Shown one piece after another: positions 38,176-49,682 of a stretch of DNA of 64,000 nt; the first letter of the stretch is position 1, and the number at the start of each line of letters is the position of its first letter. Both the position numbers and the translations under genes were made by a program. The stretch is from Phoronis australis (taxonomy: Eukaryota > Animalia > Phoronida). The notes under the pieces were generated by a model. The model had not been told where the DNA came from and ran no database searches. It saw nothing but the letters and a program-made list of their open reading frames with translations. The stretch covers positions 124,001-188,000 of the forward strand of contig NMRA01000400.1 in assembly GCA_002633005.1 (NCBI GenBank). The letters are read 5' to 3'.

Positions 38176-39220
38176 CCGTAATCGTTCGGGTTAACGCCCA
38201 TGCTCAGTTAACCGCCCACCCCTACTTTAGGTGGATTTTCGATTTAACCGCCCACTGCTCGGTTAACCGCCCCCCCCTGCTATTTTTGAAGATTTCCAAT
38301 TAAGCGCCCACCTCTCGGTTAAGCGCCCATCCCCTACTTTTGACGATTGGTGATTACCGCCCTGTGCTTATAGGAAACGCGAATCCCCGACCTTTTAGAT
38401 TAAGATCGATGATTACATTGAGTGCAACGACGGCCTCAGAGACCGCGGTTTAGCAATGTGAATTATGATACCAGTAACAAATTATTGTAACGGGTCATCG
38501 ATTAACTTCAAAATGTAATACTTGAACACTTTGTCACTTTCTTTTCTTCTCATGTTCGCAAACTTTAGGAACCGCGCTGGCGTCTACACCTCCACNNNNN
38601 NNNNNNNNNNNNNNNNNNNNNNNNNNNNNNNNNNNNNNNNNNNNNNNNNNNNNNNNNNNNNNNNNNNNNNNNNNNNNNNNNNNNNNNNNNNNNNNNNNNN
38701 NNNNNNNNNNNNNNNNNNNNNNNNNNNNNNNNNNNNNNNNNNNNNNNNNNNNNNNNNNNNNNNNNNNNNNNNNNNNNNNNNNNNNNNNNNNNNNNNNNNN
38801 NNNNNNNNNNNNNNNNNNNNNNNNNNNNNNNNNNNNNNNNNNNNNNNNNNNNNNNNNNNNNNNNNNNNNNNNNNNNNNNNNNNNNNNNNNNNNNNNNNNN
38901 NNNNNNNNNNNNNNNNNNNNNNNNNNNNNNNNNNNNNNNNNNNNNNNNNNNNNNNNNNNNNNNNNNNNNNNNNNNNNNNNNNNNNNNNNNNNNNNNNNNN
39001 NNNNNNNNNNNNNNNNNNNNNNNNNNNNNNNNNNNNNNNNNNNNNNNNNNNNNNNNNNNNNNNNNNNNNGTCGTAATAAGCGCCCATGTTCAGTTAACCG
39101 CCCCCCCCCCCGATTTCTTGAAATTTCACGTTTAAGCGCCCATGTCTGGTTAACCGCCCACCCCCGATTTTTTGGGCTCGCCAATTTAACCGCCCAGGGC
39201 GTTAACCCGAACGATTACGG
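38176..39220. mobile_element. Tc1/mariner (pogo/Tc2-like) TIR element spanning the assembly gap
   Basis: Perfect 24-bp TIR CCGTAATCGTTCGGGTTAACGCCC flanked by TA on both sides; subterminal TTAA(C/G)CGCCC repeats at both ends. Confidence 0.88.
38596..39069. other. Assembly gap (474 N)
   Basis: Run of N. Confidence 1.
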
Positions 39221-40849
39221 TATATTCCCTCTGCCTTGGGTTTGTTTGGAAATGATTGGAGTGCACCATGCATAGTGAAGCGAAATGCTTCTTTTAAACT
39301 GTCTTTCTTCCTGTTTCGATGTTAACCGGAAAAATAAATTCCAAACTAGGGTGTACATCGCAACAAAACTGGCTTCACCACGCCAAAGCATTTTATTCTC
39401 ATTGATTAAAGAACAGTTTGAGACCGATTTCATAACGATAAATGACCTGTAAATTTTTGTGGTAAAATACAAGTTTACTTTTTATAACCGGATGCAGCAG
39501 TAAAATGGCCTGTGTAGTTGAAACTATTCAACGCTAGTTTTTTAACTCGATGAAACACGAGAGTAAAAGGAACAAATACACAGCGTTGGTGTTCCTGTCT
39601 TTAGCCTAACGAGGCACGTGCTGTGTTCTAAACACGTGAAAACAAAATAATCATTCCATTTAAAGTTACAAAGGAGCCTAGAAAACTAATGTTCAAATGT
39701 GATTAACTTTGATACCTCAGAAACGGCTGATCGGACTCATATGAAACTTGTTTCAGAAACTGTGCTTTATGCACTCTTCTTCAAAAATTTGTCACAAAAT
39801 ACAAGAGACGGTAAAAAACAAGACTTTTACTCTCTATAGAAAAAAATCCAATGACGGAAAGTCTAAAAAAACTGTATCAGCGTTTTTGAGGTTTCATCTT
39901 GAACTCTTAGATCAAACGAAACGTTGGAATGTTATTGATTTCGTTGTTTTGCTGTTAAATGTACATTTATTTCCATTATTTATCATCGAACCTATGAAAA
40001 ATTGGTACAAAGTTGAAAATCAAGTTCTACAGGTTTTCTACTTTCGGACGTTTTCTTGTTGATTTGGTTTTATGACTGTGGAGATAGTTGACTCAATACA
40101 CAGGCTTGTCGATAAGGTACTACATAACCTTGACCTTCGATTGCATCCGGAAAATAAAAAAACTGCTGACGTAATCACACCGGATTTGACGCTGGTTTGT
40201 TCTTGTTTCTCTATGCTTTAACTATTTAGCAGTTCTCCTGATCGTTAATTTAGTCATTGAATATTCTATTTTAGGTTAGTCTTTGTCTCTCTTAATTGCT
40301 CACTAGTCCAGACAGAACGTTGACTCTCTTTGATTGAAACTACACAGTCAATTCTTTGAAATGTCAGCCATGAAAACTTTGTTGACATACGTATCGAAAT
40401 ATTATTATAAGAAAACGGAACGGTTTCATAGGCAAACGCCGTAACTTTTGTCATTATTTATTCATATTAACAACTTTCAAGTATTAGTGCACGTGCTCGG
40501 CCGATGTGTAAAAAACAACACCGTATTACGCGCTTTTACAGGCGATGTTTATGGCAAAAACAACTTAAGCATCAAATTATCATCAACAGCTTTGTCAGTA
40601 TTCTCTCTGTGTTGTCACGTTGGACAATCGATTAGTAAACGTCATAAAAAATAATCATTTGTATTCTATATATTTCAATATATTTTGTACTCAAAGCAAA
40701 TGCCGTTTTACAGTAGGAATTCCTTAACCGGGTTGTACTGTACTTTGTCACAAAGAGATGATGATACGGCCGTGAAACTGTGTTATCCAACAATAAAATA
40801 CGGGGGACTACTTTTCTGTTTCACATGCGCTGTTATGTATATATATTTC

Positions 40850-41032
40850 AATTTTAATACATTTATTTTCCCAGAAATCCTCGAGTGAATATGGCTTGGG
40901 TTGTGTGACCCCAGCAATATTTCCTTACAAAATAAAGAGCAATACATTAAACAGAGATAAATAATTATTTTGAAGAGCAGCTTATAGTGACTGACCGTAC
41001 GTGAGATTATTATGGAAAATGGACAGAGGAAG
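40850..41032 (-). mobile_element. Possible short LINE 3' remnant
   Basis: PFSIIISRTVSHYKLLFK resembles the LP..I..S.SL..FK..LK end of LINE ORF2, followed by an AT-rich UTR and AATAAA. Weak match. Confidence 0.35.
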
Positions 41033-41050
41033 GGGACAGGGAAAGGACTT

Positions 41051-41148
41051 GCACACGCACGCACGCACGCACGCGCACACACACACTAACACACACACGG
41101 CACACGTACACAGACCCACCCACTCACCCAAACACGTACACACCCGCA
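41051..41148. repeat. (GCAC)n/(CA)n microsatellite
   Basis: Directly visible. Confidence 0.9.
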
Positions 41149-44100
41149 CATATTTGCTCGAATTGAAATGACCCAATTATACATTTTACACAGTTTATAT
41201 TTACACTTACATAGGCTTATTTACCTGAAAAATGACAATTATGTTATAATGAAACGAAGAAGTAGCTCTCGTGTTAAAAAAGGATATGTTGTTTCGTTCA
41301 TTTTAAAGAGATGCCTGCAAAACCCTCCAGTGCGGTTTAGTTATTATGTACTTTGGACAAATTACGAAATTGTACACCCATAACTTCGATATTTCAACTT
41401 AACATTTCGAAATTATCAATAATATTTGTCTAACGGGGATACACATTCACGGACATAAGTTCATATAGGAACCCGAGGTACCTTTCACCGAGTAGCGCGT
41501 AACAAACCAATGTTTTCAAAACGGGAAAATTATGTTCTACAACTAACCGTACAGATTGGGAAACGGGTATTTTTACTGCCAATGTCTACCAGCATTTTTA
41601 TTTACTATCCACTTGTACACGTACTTAGCAAGCAAGTTTTTTATTTATTCAATATAATATGCAAGGTTTAACATGACAATTTTTCAATTTGACAAACCTA
41701 GTTCACTTTGGTCTTTTAGAAATCCTTCGATTTGTGCATTTGCTGATTGTTGGCTAACCACATTATATGTCTTGTTTTTCAGTTGAAATGGGAAAGAGAA
41801 TTTTATTTTGTTTTCTGGTAAAACAATGCACGAGGTTTGAAAGGCCATGATTTCGCAAGCGTTAAGAAAAAACATAACTCGCATCAGTTTTGCTCGTCTC
41901 AGTTGAAATTTTCTTTTTTGAAAAATACCGCACCACCGACTCAACTCTTCACAAAAAGCAGAGACCGTACCCTGTTTTACGTTTTTGACCTAAATGATTT
42001 TGGCTTCTGCTGCTTCCAATACTAGTAAATTCTCGCGATAACGGAGATTTTTGCGCGGTTTTACAGGGACGAGACATCCCGTGCAGTGAATCGTCACTCA
42101 CCAACAGCATCTTGATTTCAAGGGAGATCAAATGCAATATGAAATTCAAAATGCAGAAATAAACTGGTCCCATAATTTTTTGATTAAGAACATCATTATT
42201 TTTACGCAATGACTATTGTTCTCATGTTGCTCAAATGCTTTTGGGGGATATGTTTTCGAAGACAAATTTCTAGTTGAATCCTCTTTGGGGAACGCCCCTC
42301 TTTCAATGCTTTTGTTGCATCTCCGTATTGACATTGTCACGACACCACGACACTCGATAGTGATGCTTCCACTACTGACTTTCTATCTTAAGTTTTAGAA
42401 ACTTTTTATCCAGATTTAAGACGGTTCATTGCCAAATCATTTTTCAGCAGACCCATGAAAAATTGCCGATTTCCACGATAAGTCGTTTGACAGTTCTTGG
42501 TGAGCGGACACGCGGACGAGCCGGTCTCATCCCTTGAGGTGGGAATCAGTGTTCAATTGTACAAACGAGTACAATGGTGACAATCGTTGGAACAAAATAA
42601 TATTTTCCTTACGATGGTACCCAAACGAAGACAAAAGACTAACCAAACATACCACACGACCATTCTAAAGGCTTTTAGTTTTTCCGATCACTTGGCAAAT
42701 AAAACAAACGTAAAACGGCGTTCAATCGTTTCATCTCTAACCAGTTCCCGTTCTTTTGTGTAATAAGCGACACTTATCAATAATGGATTCTGTTTAATAA
42801 CGTATGGTGTTATTTTGACTGAAGGGCGGTGCGTAAGTATTTCGCTTTATTCATGGTTTTCCCGATGGGTGTCGTTAGAACTAAACAGTGTTTTTAGAAG
42901 GTAGCGTGACAAAATGCTATGATATTTTCACAAGGTTAACGACACGCGCCAAATAAGCTCGATTTGTTTTTTTAATATTTTTTTAATAACGGAACCAATT
43001 ATTCTCTTTGGCGTTTAGAGCAGTGCTTTCATTCAAGTGAGAAAATGAGGATTTATTAAGAGCATGAGAGAACACAGTCGGAGATTTTTATTTTCAAGTC
43101 AAAAAGTATCCAGTCTTCATTAATTATTCAAGAGACAATTGTTTTCCGAAAAATCACGTAACCTCTCACGTACAAAAATTATACCCTTCACTTTTACTTT
43201 GCCCGCTGTTTTAGCGACGTGATCTATATCAAGATGTTCAACGAAAACTTATCTTTTGAAAGTTCTCAAAACTATAAAATAACGGAGATCATAAAGCCGT
43301 TTCTACATGAACTCCAAGCCAAATGCTTCACTTGAATAAAAATCGCACAAGTCACTTATATAATATTTCATTTTCATTACACAACGATCCAATGTTCACG
43401 ATTCCCTTAAACACATACAAACAAAAAATTATCATAGAACACCGTTTTTTTAAACAATGCATTTTCCTACGTGGATTTTTTCTTTGAATTACCCATGCAA
43501 GCGCTTGATGAGCATTCCGAAATAACTCTCAGGGGGGGAGACGGTTACACGGCCGAGTCTCCAAAATTTAAGCTGCGATCCTCAGACCAGCAGACGCCAA
43601 ACCCGCGGTAAAAATTCTTCAACTCCACACACACGTTATATATATATAATCGAACTAATGTCCCGGGACCAGGCATCGCTGGACAGTTTGGTCCTCAAGG
43701 ACGTTTGGCAAGTCGCTAGGCATCCAGCATATCTCACTGGAGCAAGTTGCGCGATTTGTAAAAAATATATTAGAATTTTTTTATCACTAAATTGTTTTCA
43801 CTCCTTATTTTGATATCTTCTCCCTCAACCTGTCCATGTCTACTTACGTTGACTTAAATTCTTTGTGTACTCCAGTGGTCCATAAATCACTGCTACGGAT
43901 TTCGTGATTGCGGATGTCGCATCTGAAATTTACAGCAGGGTCTGAAATCATTTCCACCCTCTGTAACTGCACTCAACGAACTTTAGCAAGTCTGGTTAAC
44001 GACCTCCGCCGGTCACGGGAGTGAACACAAACACTAAGTGTAATACAAAGCATTCTTGTAGCCCGCTGACACTTTTTTCCTGAACATTTGTTCTATACTT

Positions 44101-44262
44101 AAGTGCAGTAGAATAAATGCAGGTAAACGGCACGATTACAATACTGAAACTTATATGTACCAAAAAGTTCGCGAGCCAGTGGAGAAGAAACCTATTACTT
44201 GGGCCAGAAATTTTTTAACACTGATCAATGCTTCATCAAAATGGAACCATAAATCAAACTGC

Positions 44263-44990
44263 TTAATTAATTAATTTATTTATTTAAACTTCTTTAAAAG
44301 ACTGGGTAACCACTTCATCGAATACACTGATTTCCAAGTGGGCCAAGTCGGAAATAATTACATGAAGTAAAACACAGACAGCTATGTACAATTAGATTGA
44401 AAAGATAATAAATAAAATAAATTAGCATAAAATTAGTTAATACGTACAATTTGATGAATAAATAAGATAAAATAGAGTAAAATAATGATGAGCTGAGGCT
44501 TACAGTAACGAACCACGCACAAAGCGTGAGCGCTCGAGCCCCGCCCCCCCCACATTTGGCGAAGTGGGCAAAAAGGTCCGCCTCAGAGAAACAAAAAGTC
44601 CGAGAAAACAAGACAAAAGCCCACTAAAAAGGCGCAGACGCACAGTGAAGGTGGTACCCCGTTTTTTTAGTCCTCCCGCTCTTCGTCACCAAAAGGTCCA
44701 CATCGTCAGAAATTCGAGCCTCCCACATTAAAAGCTGGGTGCGCTCATGCAAAGTCCCAGTAATTCTGTTCAAAGAGGTTGACATTGGGCGCCTTCGCGA
44801 CGGCAATTCCCAGTCCGTTGTAAGCGACAGCACCTCTGTAGGCAAAAGTTTTTTTGCCACAGTTGTTTTTAGGTTTAACTGGTACCAGGCAGCCAGAAAC
44901 ACTCGCTCTAGTATTGTAATTGTGAGAATCTCTGACTGCCTTGAATTTAAATGAGTCATTTAGTGAGATATAATCAAATAGAAAATTTAC
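44263..44990 (-). mobile_element. 5'-truncated LINE (CR1/L2-group): ORF2 C-terminus, 3'UTR and tail
   Basis: Minus frame reads DSHNYNTRASVSGCLVPVKPKNNCGKKTFAYRGAVAYNGL...NLFEQNYWDF[MITE]VRGSLL* (stop at 44500), matching the HxYNTR...F.YRG...WNxL pattern. AAAT-repeat tail at about 44265-44285. Confidence 0.8.
44525..44749. mobile_element. hAT5-like MITE, CATGCGC-end family, inserted in a LINE ORF2 remnant
   Basis: Ends CGTGAGCGC / GGGTGCGCTCATG; 5-bp TSD CAAAG. Removing it plus one TSD gives a continuous LINE reading frame to a nearby stop. Confidence 0.88.
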
Positions 44991-47900
44991 ACCGAATGAA
45001 AAAGTACAAGGCTGAAATTCACTTTATTTTCTCAAATTCTTGGAAATTAGGAGCAGACTCCTGCTCTCACTCTGTAAGCACTTAAGTACTAACAGCAATG
45101 CTTGTAAAGTGGCTTCGTACGCGCAGCCGAACTTCCGGTGATCGATGACATAGAATCACTGTGACAACGGAGAAGACGACCTTTCTCAAAGTTTCCACAC
45201 CCCTCTCACTAACATCGTCAAACATAGTTATTCATTGCAAGACTCAAGGCCAAATTTACATTGTGATGTCCACTTAGAAAAACGCAGTCGCCTCATTATT
45301 CCAGTTGGCTGGGAATGTTTCTAAAGACGTTCAGCGAGCGTGTAAATATTTATTTCAAATAACCACGGACGCGAGCCTTTGTGTGCGGATGCTCATTAAT
45401 TCGGGATTTGCATTTATAGAATATTTTCGTCTAAAAAGTCCAATTATAAATTAAGCATTGCTCGTGATAACGAACGCAGGTGATTGTTGTTTGCAGTCAT
45501 CAACCAATACAGATTAAAAGATTTACGAACGCTCACCGCGTGATATCTGCGTTTCATTCATGTCTTGTTGAGTAACGAGCTCGTGTCTGTTCTATATTTG
45601 ACAAATTCCAACAACGGCAAAATACATCAAACTGAGAAAAGACTAAAGCAGAGCCCTTCAGGGGTTAGCCATCTTCACAAACGGTTTATTTAAGGCACAT
45701 CGCTAGCAATTTTCGCCCACTTAAGTTACAATCGGACGCGCACTCGAGAGCTTAGTTACTCAGGTAGTTACCAAGGCGGCATGTACATATCCTCGCAATG
45801 AATCTGGCTGCTACTCGGGATGGGTAACAAGGCTTTGTTTGAGGGTATTCAATGCGTTGCAGGTGGATAGTCATACCCAAATAGAACATTCGCCGCTACT
45901 GCCCCAAGGTGGATGTTCAAGGACCCGGGCAGAGTCCGTGAGATAATGAGAACTTGCATGACCATTGACACATTTCAATATATATTCTCGTGGTCATTTC
46001 TTCATTGCTTTTTATCACCAAAACAATAATATCAACGTGAAAGGGGAAGCTCACGTGAAAACAAGCCTGCAGAGTTTCAGGTGAACATGCAAAAAGTCGT
46101 CGCAATTTGCAATTCAAAATACCGTCTCCCAAAACTTCCACGTCGTGCAGGGACGTAGATAGACAAGGGTGGTGAGAGATTTGCCTTACAGTCAACTCCT
46201 GCGATTAGCGAGTCCCACCTGGTTGCACGAATCGATGGGTGTTGATCGAATGCGTTATATTAGCGATATTAGAAAGCAGGTGCCCGGTTCTCTAAGCTGC
46301 TAATATCAGATGTTCATCAGACGCTTGCTAATTTATTTGCCTGCTTCTCGGATTTAAAGTATAATAGTCAAAATGCAAAGTATTGATGCCGGTTCATATT
46401 AGTTAATTAAGTGGAAAACGAGCATGCCTCAGACTTTCTTTCGCATTTCATGAGTGACAGGGCTGTACACTAAATTAGAAAATGTAGCGTCTTTTTAGAA
46501 ATAGACGGCGACTTCACACCTTTGCGAACAATATACGATGTCAAGCTGGTTAGGCAAAACTGGTCTGCGGCCGCCCGCATCCTTTTTGAAGTCGCGCGTC
46601 GCTACTAAAGGCTGGTAGATAAATGTTTGTAAAAAGGCACAGAGGCACCACTTTAGTTAATATAAGGTGATTTTTGTGAAAAAAAAAACGAAAACACGGA
46701 CACACTTAAGCTGATGGCTGAGTTTTTTCCTTTTAAACTAGAAATACCGCATCGCCGCATCAATTCTCAAAATCACCAGTACAAAACCCAAAACACTTAT
46801 TCGACCACATGGACATTCCGCGACAATAAGTATACAACAACATGTATGTCCGCAGCTTCCCCACACCAGCTTGCGGCTATAGTTTTCTGCAATGTTACCC
46901 AACAACAGTCTCATGTCATCACCGTCGTCTCATGCCCTCGTCTCGAGAGCTGCGGAAGGAAAGTTCAAACCAAGCTTCTTCGCCAAGAACATCTTTTCTT
47001 AACAAAACCCGCGCCATTCTGTATGCGAACTTTATTTCGTTTCATTTCAGTGCACAAAACAACAATCAATATCGGTTCTAATGTTATGTCACAACCGCAG
47101 TACAAAAAATTGAAAAGAAATTTTCAATTTTCTTTGTCTGCAGATTAACGATGGTCAGTTAGCACCGAACAATCTGATTAACATAAACTCAGTATACCGT
47201 ATTTTATCAAAACTCAAACTACACTAAGTCAAATTTAAAATTCTCAACACCAGCAATCGCATGCTTCGTTGAAATTCACTTGAATCCAAAACTCCGGAGA
47301 ACACACCCCCCTGAAGGCAGCGACAAAGGTAGCCTTGGTACAAAGCTGTATACGTAAATATACAGCTTTGCACCTGTGTGGGTAAAAAAGAGGTAAGATA
47401 ACATCTGACACAAAATTGGTGTCATTAAAAACTACAATGTTATTTGAGTCAACTAAACTAACGGTGTTGGAAAAATGGCGTTCTACCGTTATTCTGCTGC
47501 TAAAGTTGTGGAGCAATCTTCAGCGACGGCTTTCGGCGCCATGAAATATTGCGTCACCTATTAGCCAGTTTATTTTTTTCGCCGATTCTTCAATCAACTG
47601 TTCTTCTTTCACGAGGTTGCGTACACGTCACAACAAATTATCGGAACTGGTTTCACTTCATTATAAGTTTTTAGAATTTTGATACCGAAAAACCGAATTT
47701 CAGAAGAAATTTGCTGCTGCCAAGCTATCATCATCTCCCGAGAGATGTCGCAAAAAATTTTAGGGAATGGCGCGTGCGCGTGACACAGCGTATTGTTTTC
47801 AAAACGACGACATACTTTTCATTAGAAAAGGCGGAGAGTTACGCAACAAAATGACGTTTATTGCATTGTTTTTCACTTAAACGGCTGTAACGGGCAAGGT

Positions 47901-48615
47901 GAGTGTCGGTTGATTCCCAGATTTTGCATGCACCCCGTCCGGTCTTTAGCTTTACATGTTGACACAAGTTTCACGGCGCGGTGACGAGCATAACTACCCT
48001 GGCTGTGTGCAATTTCGGGGTCTACGCAAGAAATACACACAGAGGTACCTAGCTGTATTTTGACGACAGTCTTCATACAGCTAGCTGGCTGGCTACGACA
48101 AAGGTCTCCTTCGGAAACAAACACGTATTGTAGTTGTTCTTACAGATAAACGCTCAATGAGTTAAGAGATAAATCCGCAGCCATGGAAAATACATGTAGC
48201 GTCTTCGTACCTCGCGATCGAGCCGCACGGGAGCTCTCGATGACAGTATTTGCACGAAAACGTTTTTTTTTTTTTCTAAAAACCGGGGAAAGATCTTTCT
48301 ATGATCAGCCCTGTTCATAAGAAAAGAACCATTTTCCGAAAAAAGAGACTGGTTATACTACTTGTGTTCAAAAGAAACGAACGTCATTCGTGAGAACGCG
48401 GTTGATAAGGAAGGCAGACGGTCACCAAGATACGTTCATGCATTTTTCTAATAAAAGTTCAACTGTTTTTTTTTTTAACATTTGCTAGCCTCGTCGATAT
48501 GGGGCCGGGGGACTCGTTATTCACCAGGTGATGCGAATGAGGAAACGTCCTCTTTTTAACGTATGAGAAGATAGAGCAGCGTGAAGGAAAACTCTTCAAC
48601 ATAATGAATACATTC

Positions 48616-48647
48616 GTGCGACCATAGACTATAATCTATGGTGCGAC
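48616..48647. mobile_element. 18-bp near-palindrome between 7-bp direct repeats (possible P-superfamily excision footprint or mini-element)
   Basis: GTGCGAC|CATAGACTATAATCTATG|GTGCGAC. Confidence 0.55.
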
Positions 48648-48678
48648 AAAGGTCCTACTGTACGTAGTTACCTGGGTA

Positions 48679-48812
48679 GAGTTCAATAACTATCTCGTGG
48701 CGAGAAAAAATTTCCCAAACTCACGTGCTCTCATTGATTTACGCAAGGCAATATCTTGCGGAATCCAGCGAGATCTTGTTTTAGTGAGACACTAGGCAAC
48801 GTTATTGAACTC
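48679..48812. mobile_element. 134-bp MITE with GAGTTCAATAAC ends; related partial copies at about 4209-4339 and 15695-15792
   Basis: Perfect 12-bp inverted termini. The core (CTCGCTAAAA...GATATTG...CACGTGA) is shared with the other copies. No clean TSD, so the superfamily is unassigned. Confidence 0.7.
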
Positions 48813-48961
48813 GACACTGCAAGCAAACATTTCTACGGTTATCACTAGCGCAACCTACTGAGTTTTGATTTCCTGTTATTATACAGCAACAAAATACAAA
48901 TCGAACATGTCAATGCTTAAAGTTGGCACCAACACTCATTTAACGTTTGTTCACAGAACAG

Positions 48962-49682
48962 CAGGCAGGTGGAAAGGGGAACTGTATGGCTCCGGGATTC
49001 CCGCCACAACCGAACAATAATGCCGCCAAACATCACTAATCGAGACTGAACACCTATAATTAATTACGCGTTAAAATATCAGCACAGCACAATATTAATG
49101 TACGGTATTCGTGCGCTGGTTTCCATGGCAGTGTACAACTAAAAAATTATGGCAAACAGCAACTATCAGTTCCAACAAGAAGACTTGGTAGGTGCGCCGA
49201 CGTGAGCACAGCTTCGAGTTGAAAGACACTGCAAAGTGTCACCACCTGTAGCAAAAACACACCACACCACACCACAACACACCACAACACAACACACCAC
49301 ACCACACCACANCAGGCAGGTGGAAAGGGGAACTGTATGGCTCCGGGATTCCCGCCACAACCGAACAATAATGCCGCCAAACATCACTAATCGAGACTGA
49401 ACACCTATAATTAATTACGCGTTAAAATATCAGCACAGCACAATATTAATGTACGGTATTCGTGCGCTGGTTTCCATGGCAGTGTACAACTAAAAAATTA
49501 TGGCAAACAGCAACTATCAGTTCCAACAAGAAGACTTGGTAGGTGCGCCGACGTGAGCACAGCTTCGAGTTGAAAGACACTGCAAAGTGTCACCACCTGT
49601 AGCAAAAACACACCACACCACACCACAACACACCACACCACAACACACCACAACACACCACACCACACCACACCACAACACA
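48962..49682. repeat. Exact 351-bp tandem duplication ending in (CACCA/CACAA)n; probable assembly artefact
   Basis: Copies appear identical outside the microsatellite and are joined at a single N (49312). Confidence 0.85.

Noticed and set aside
38522-39184. Long ORFs containing X runs
   Set aside because: Artefacts of translating the N gap.
38176-39220. CRISPR-like repeat-spacer pattern
   Set aside because: Short transposon subterminal repeats with related spacers inside TIRs, in a eukaryotic genome with no cas genes.
43660-43712. Collagen-like Gly-X-Y run (GIAGQFGPQGRL)
   Set aside because: Only four triplets, with no supporting exons or good acceptor; compatible with chance.
48962-49682. 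Real recent segmental duplication
   Set aside because: Identical copies meet at a single N beside a microsatellite, typical of an unmerged contig overlap; read depth would decide.
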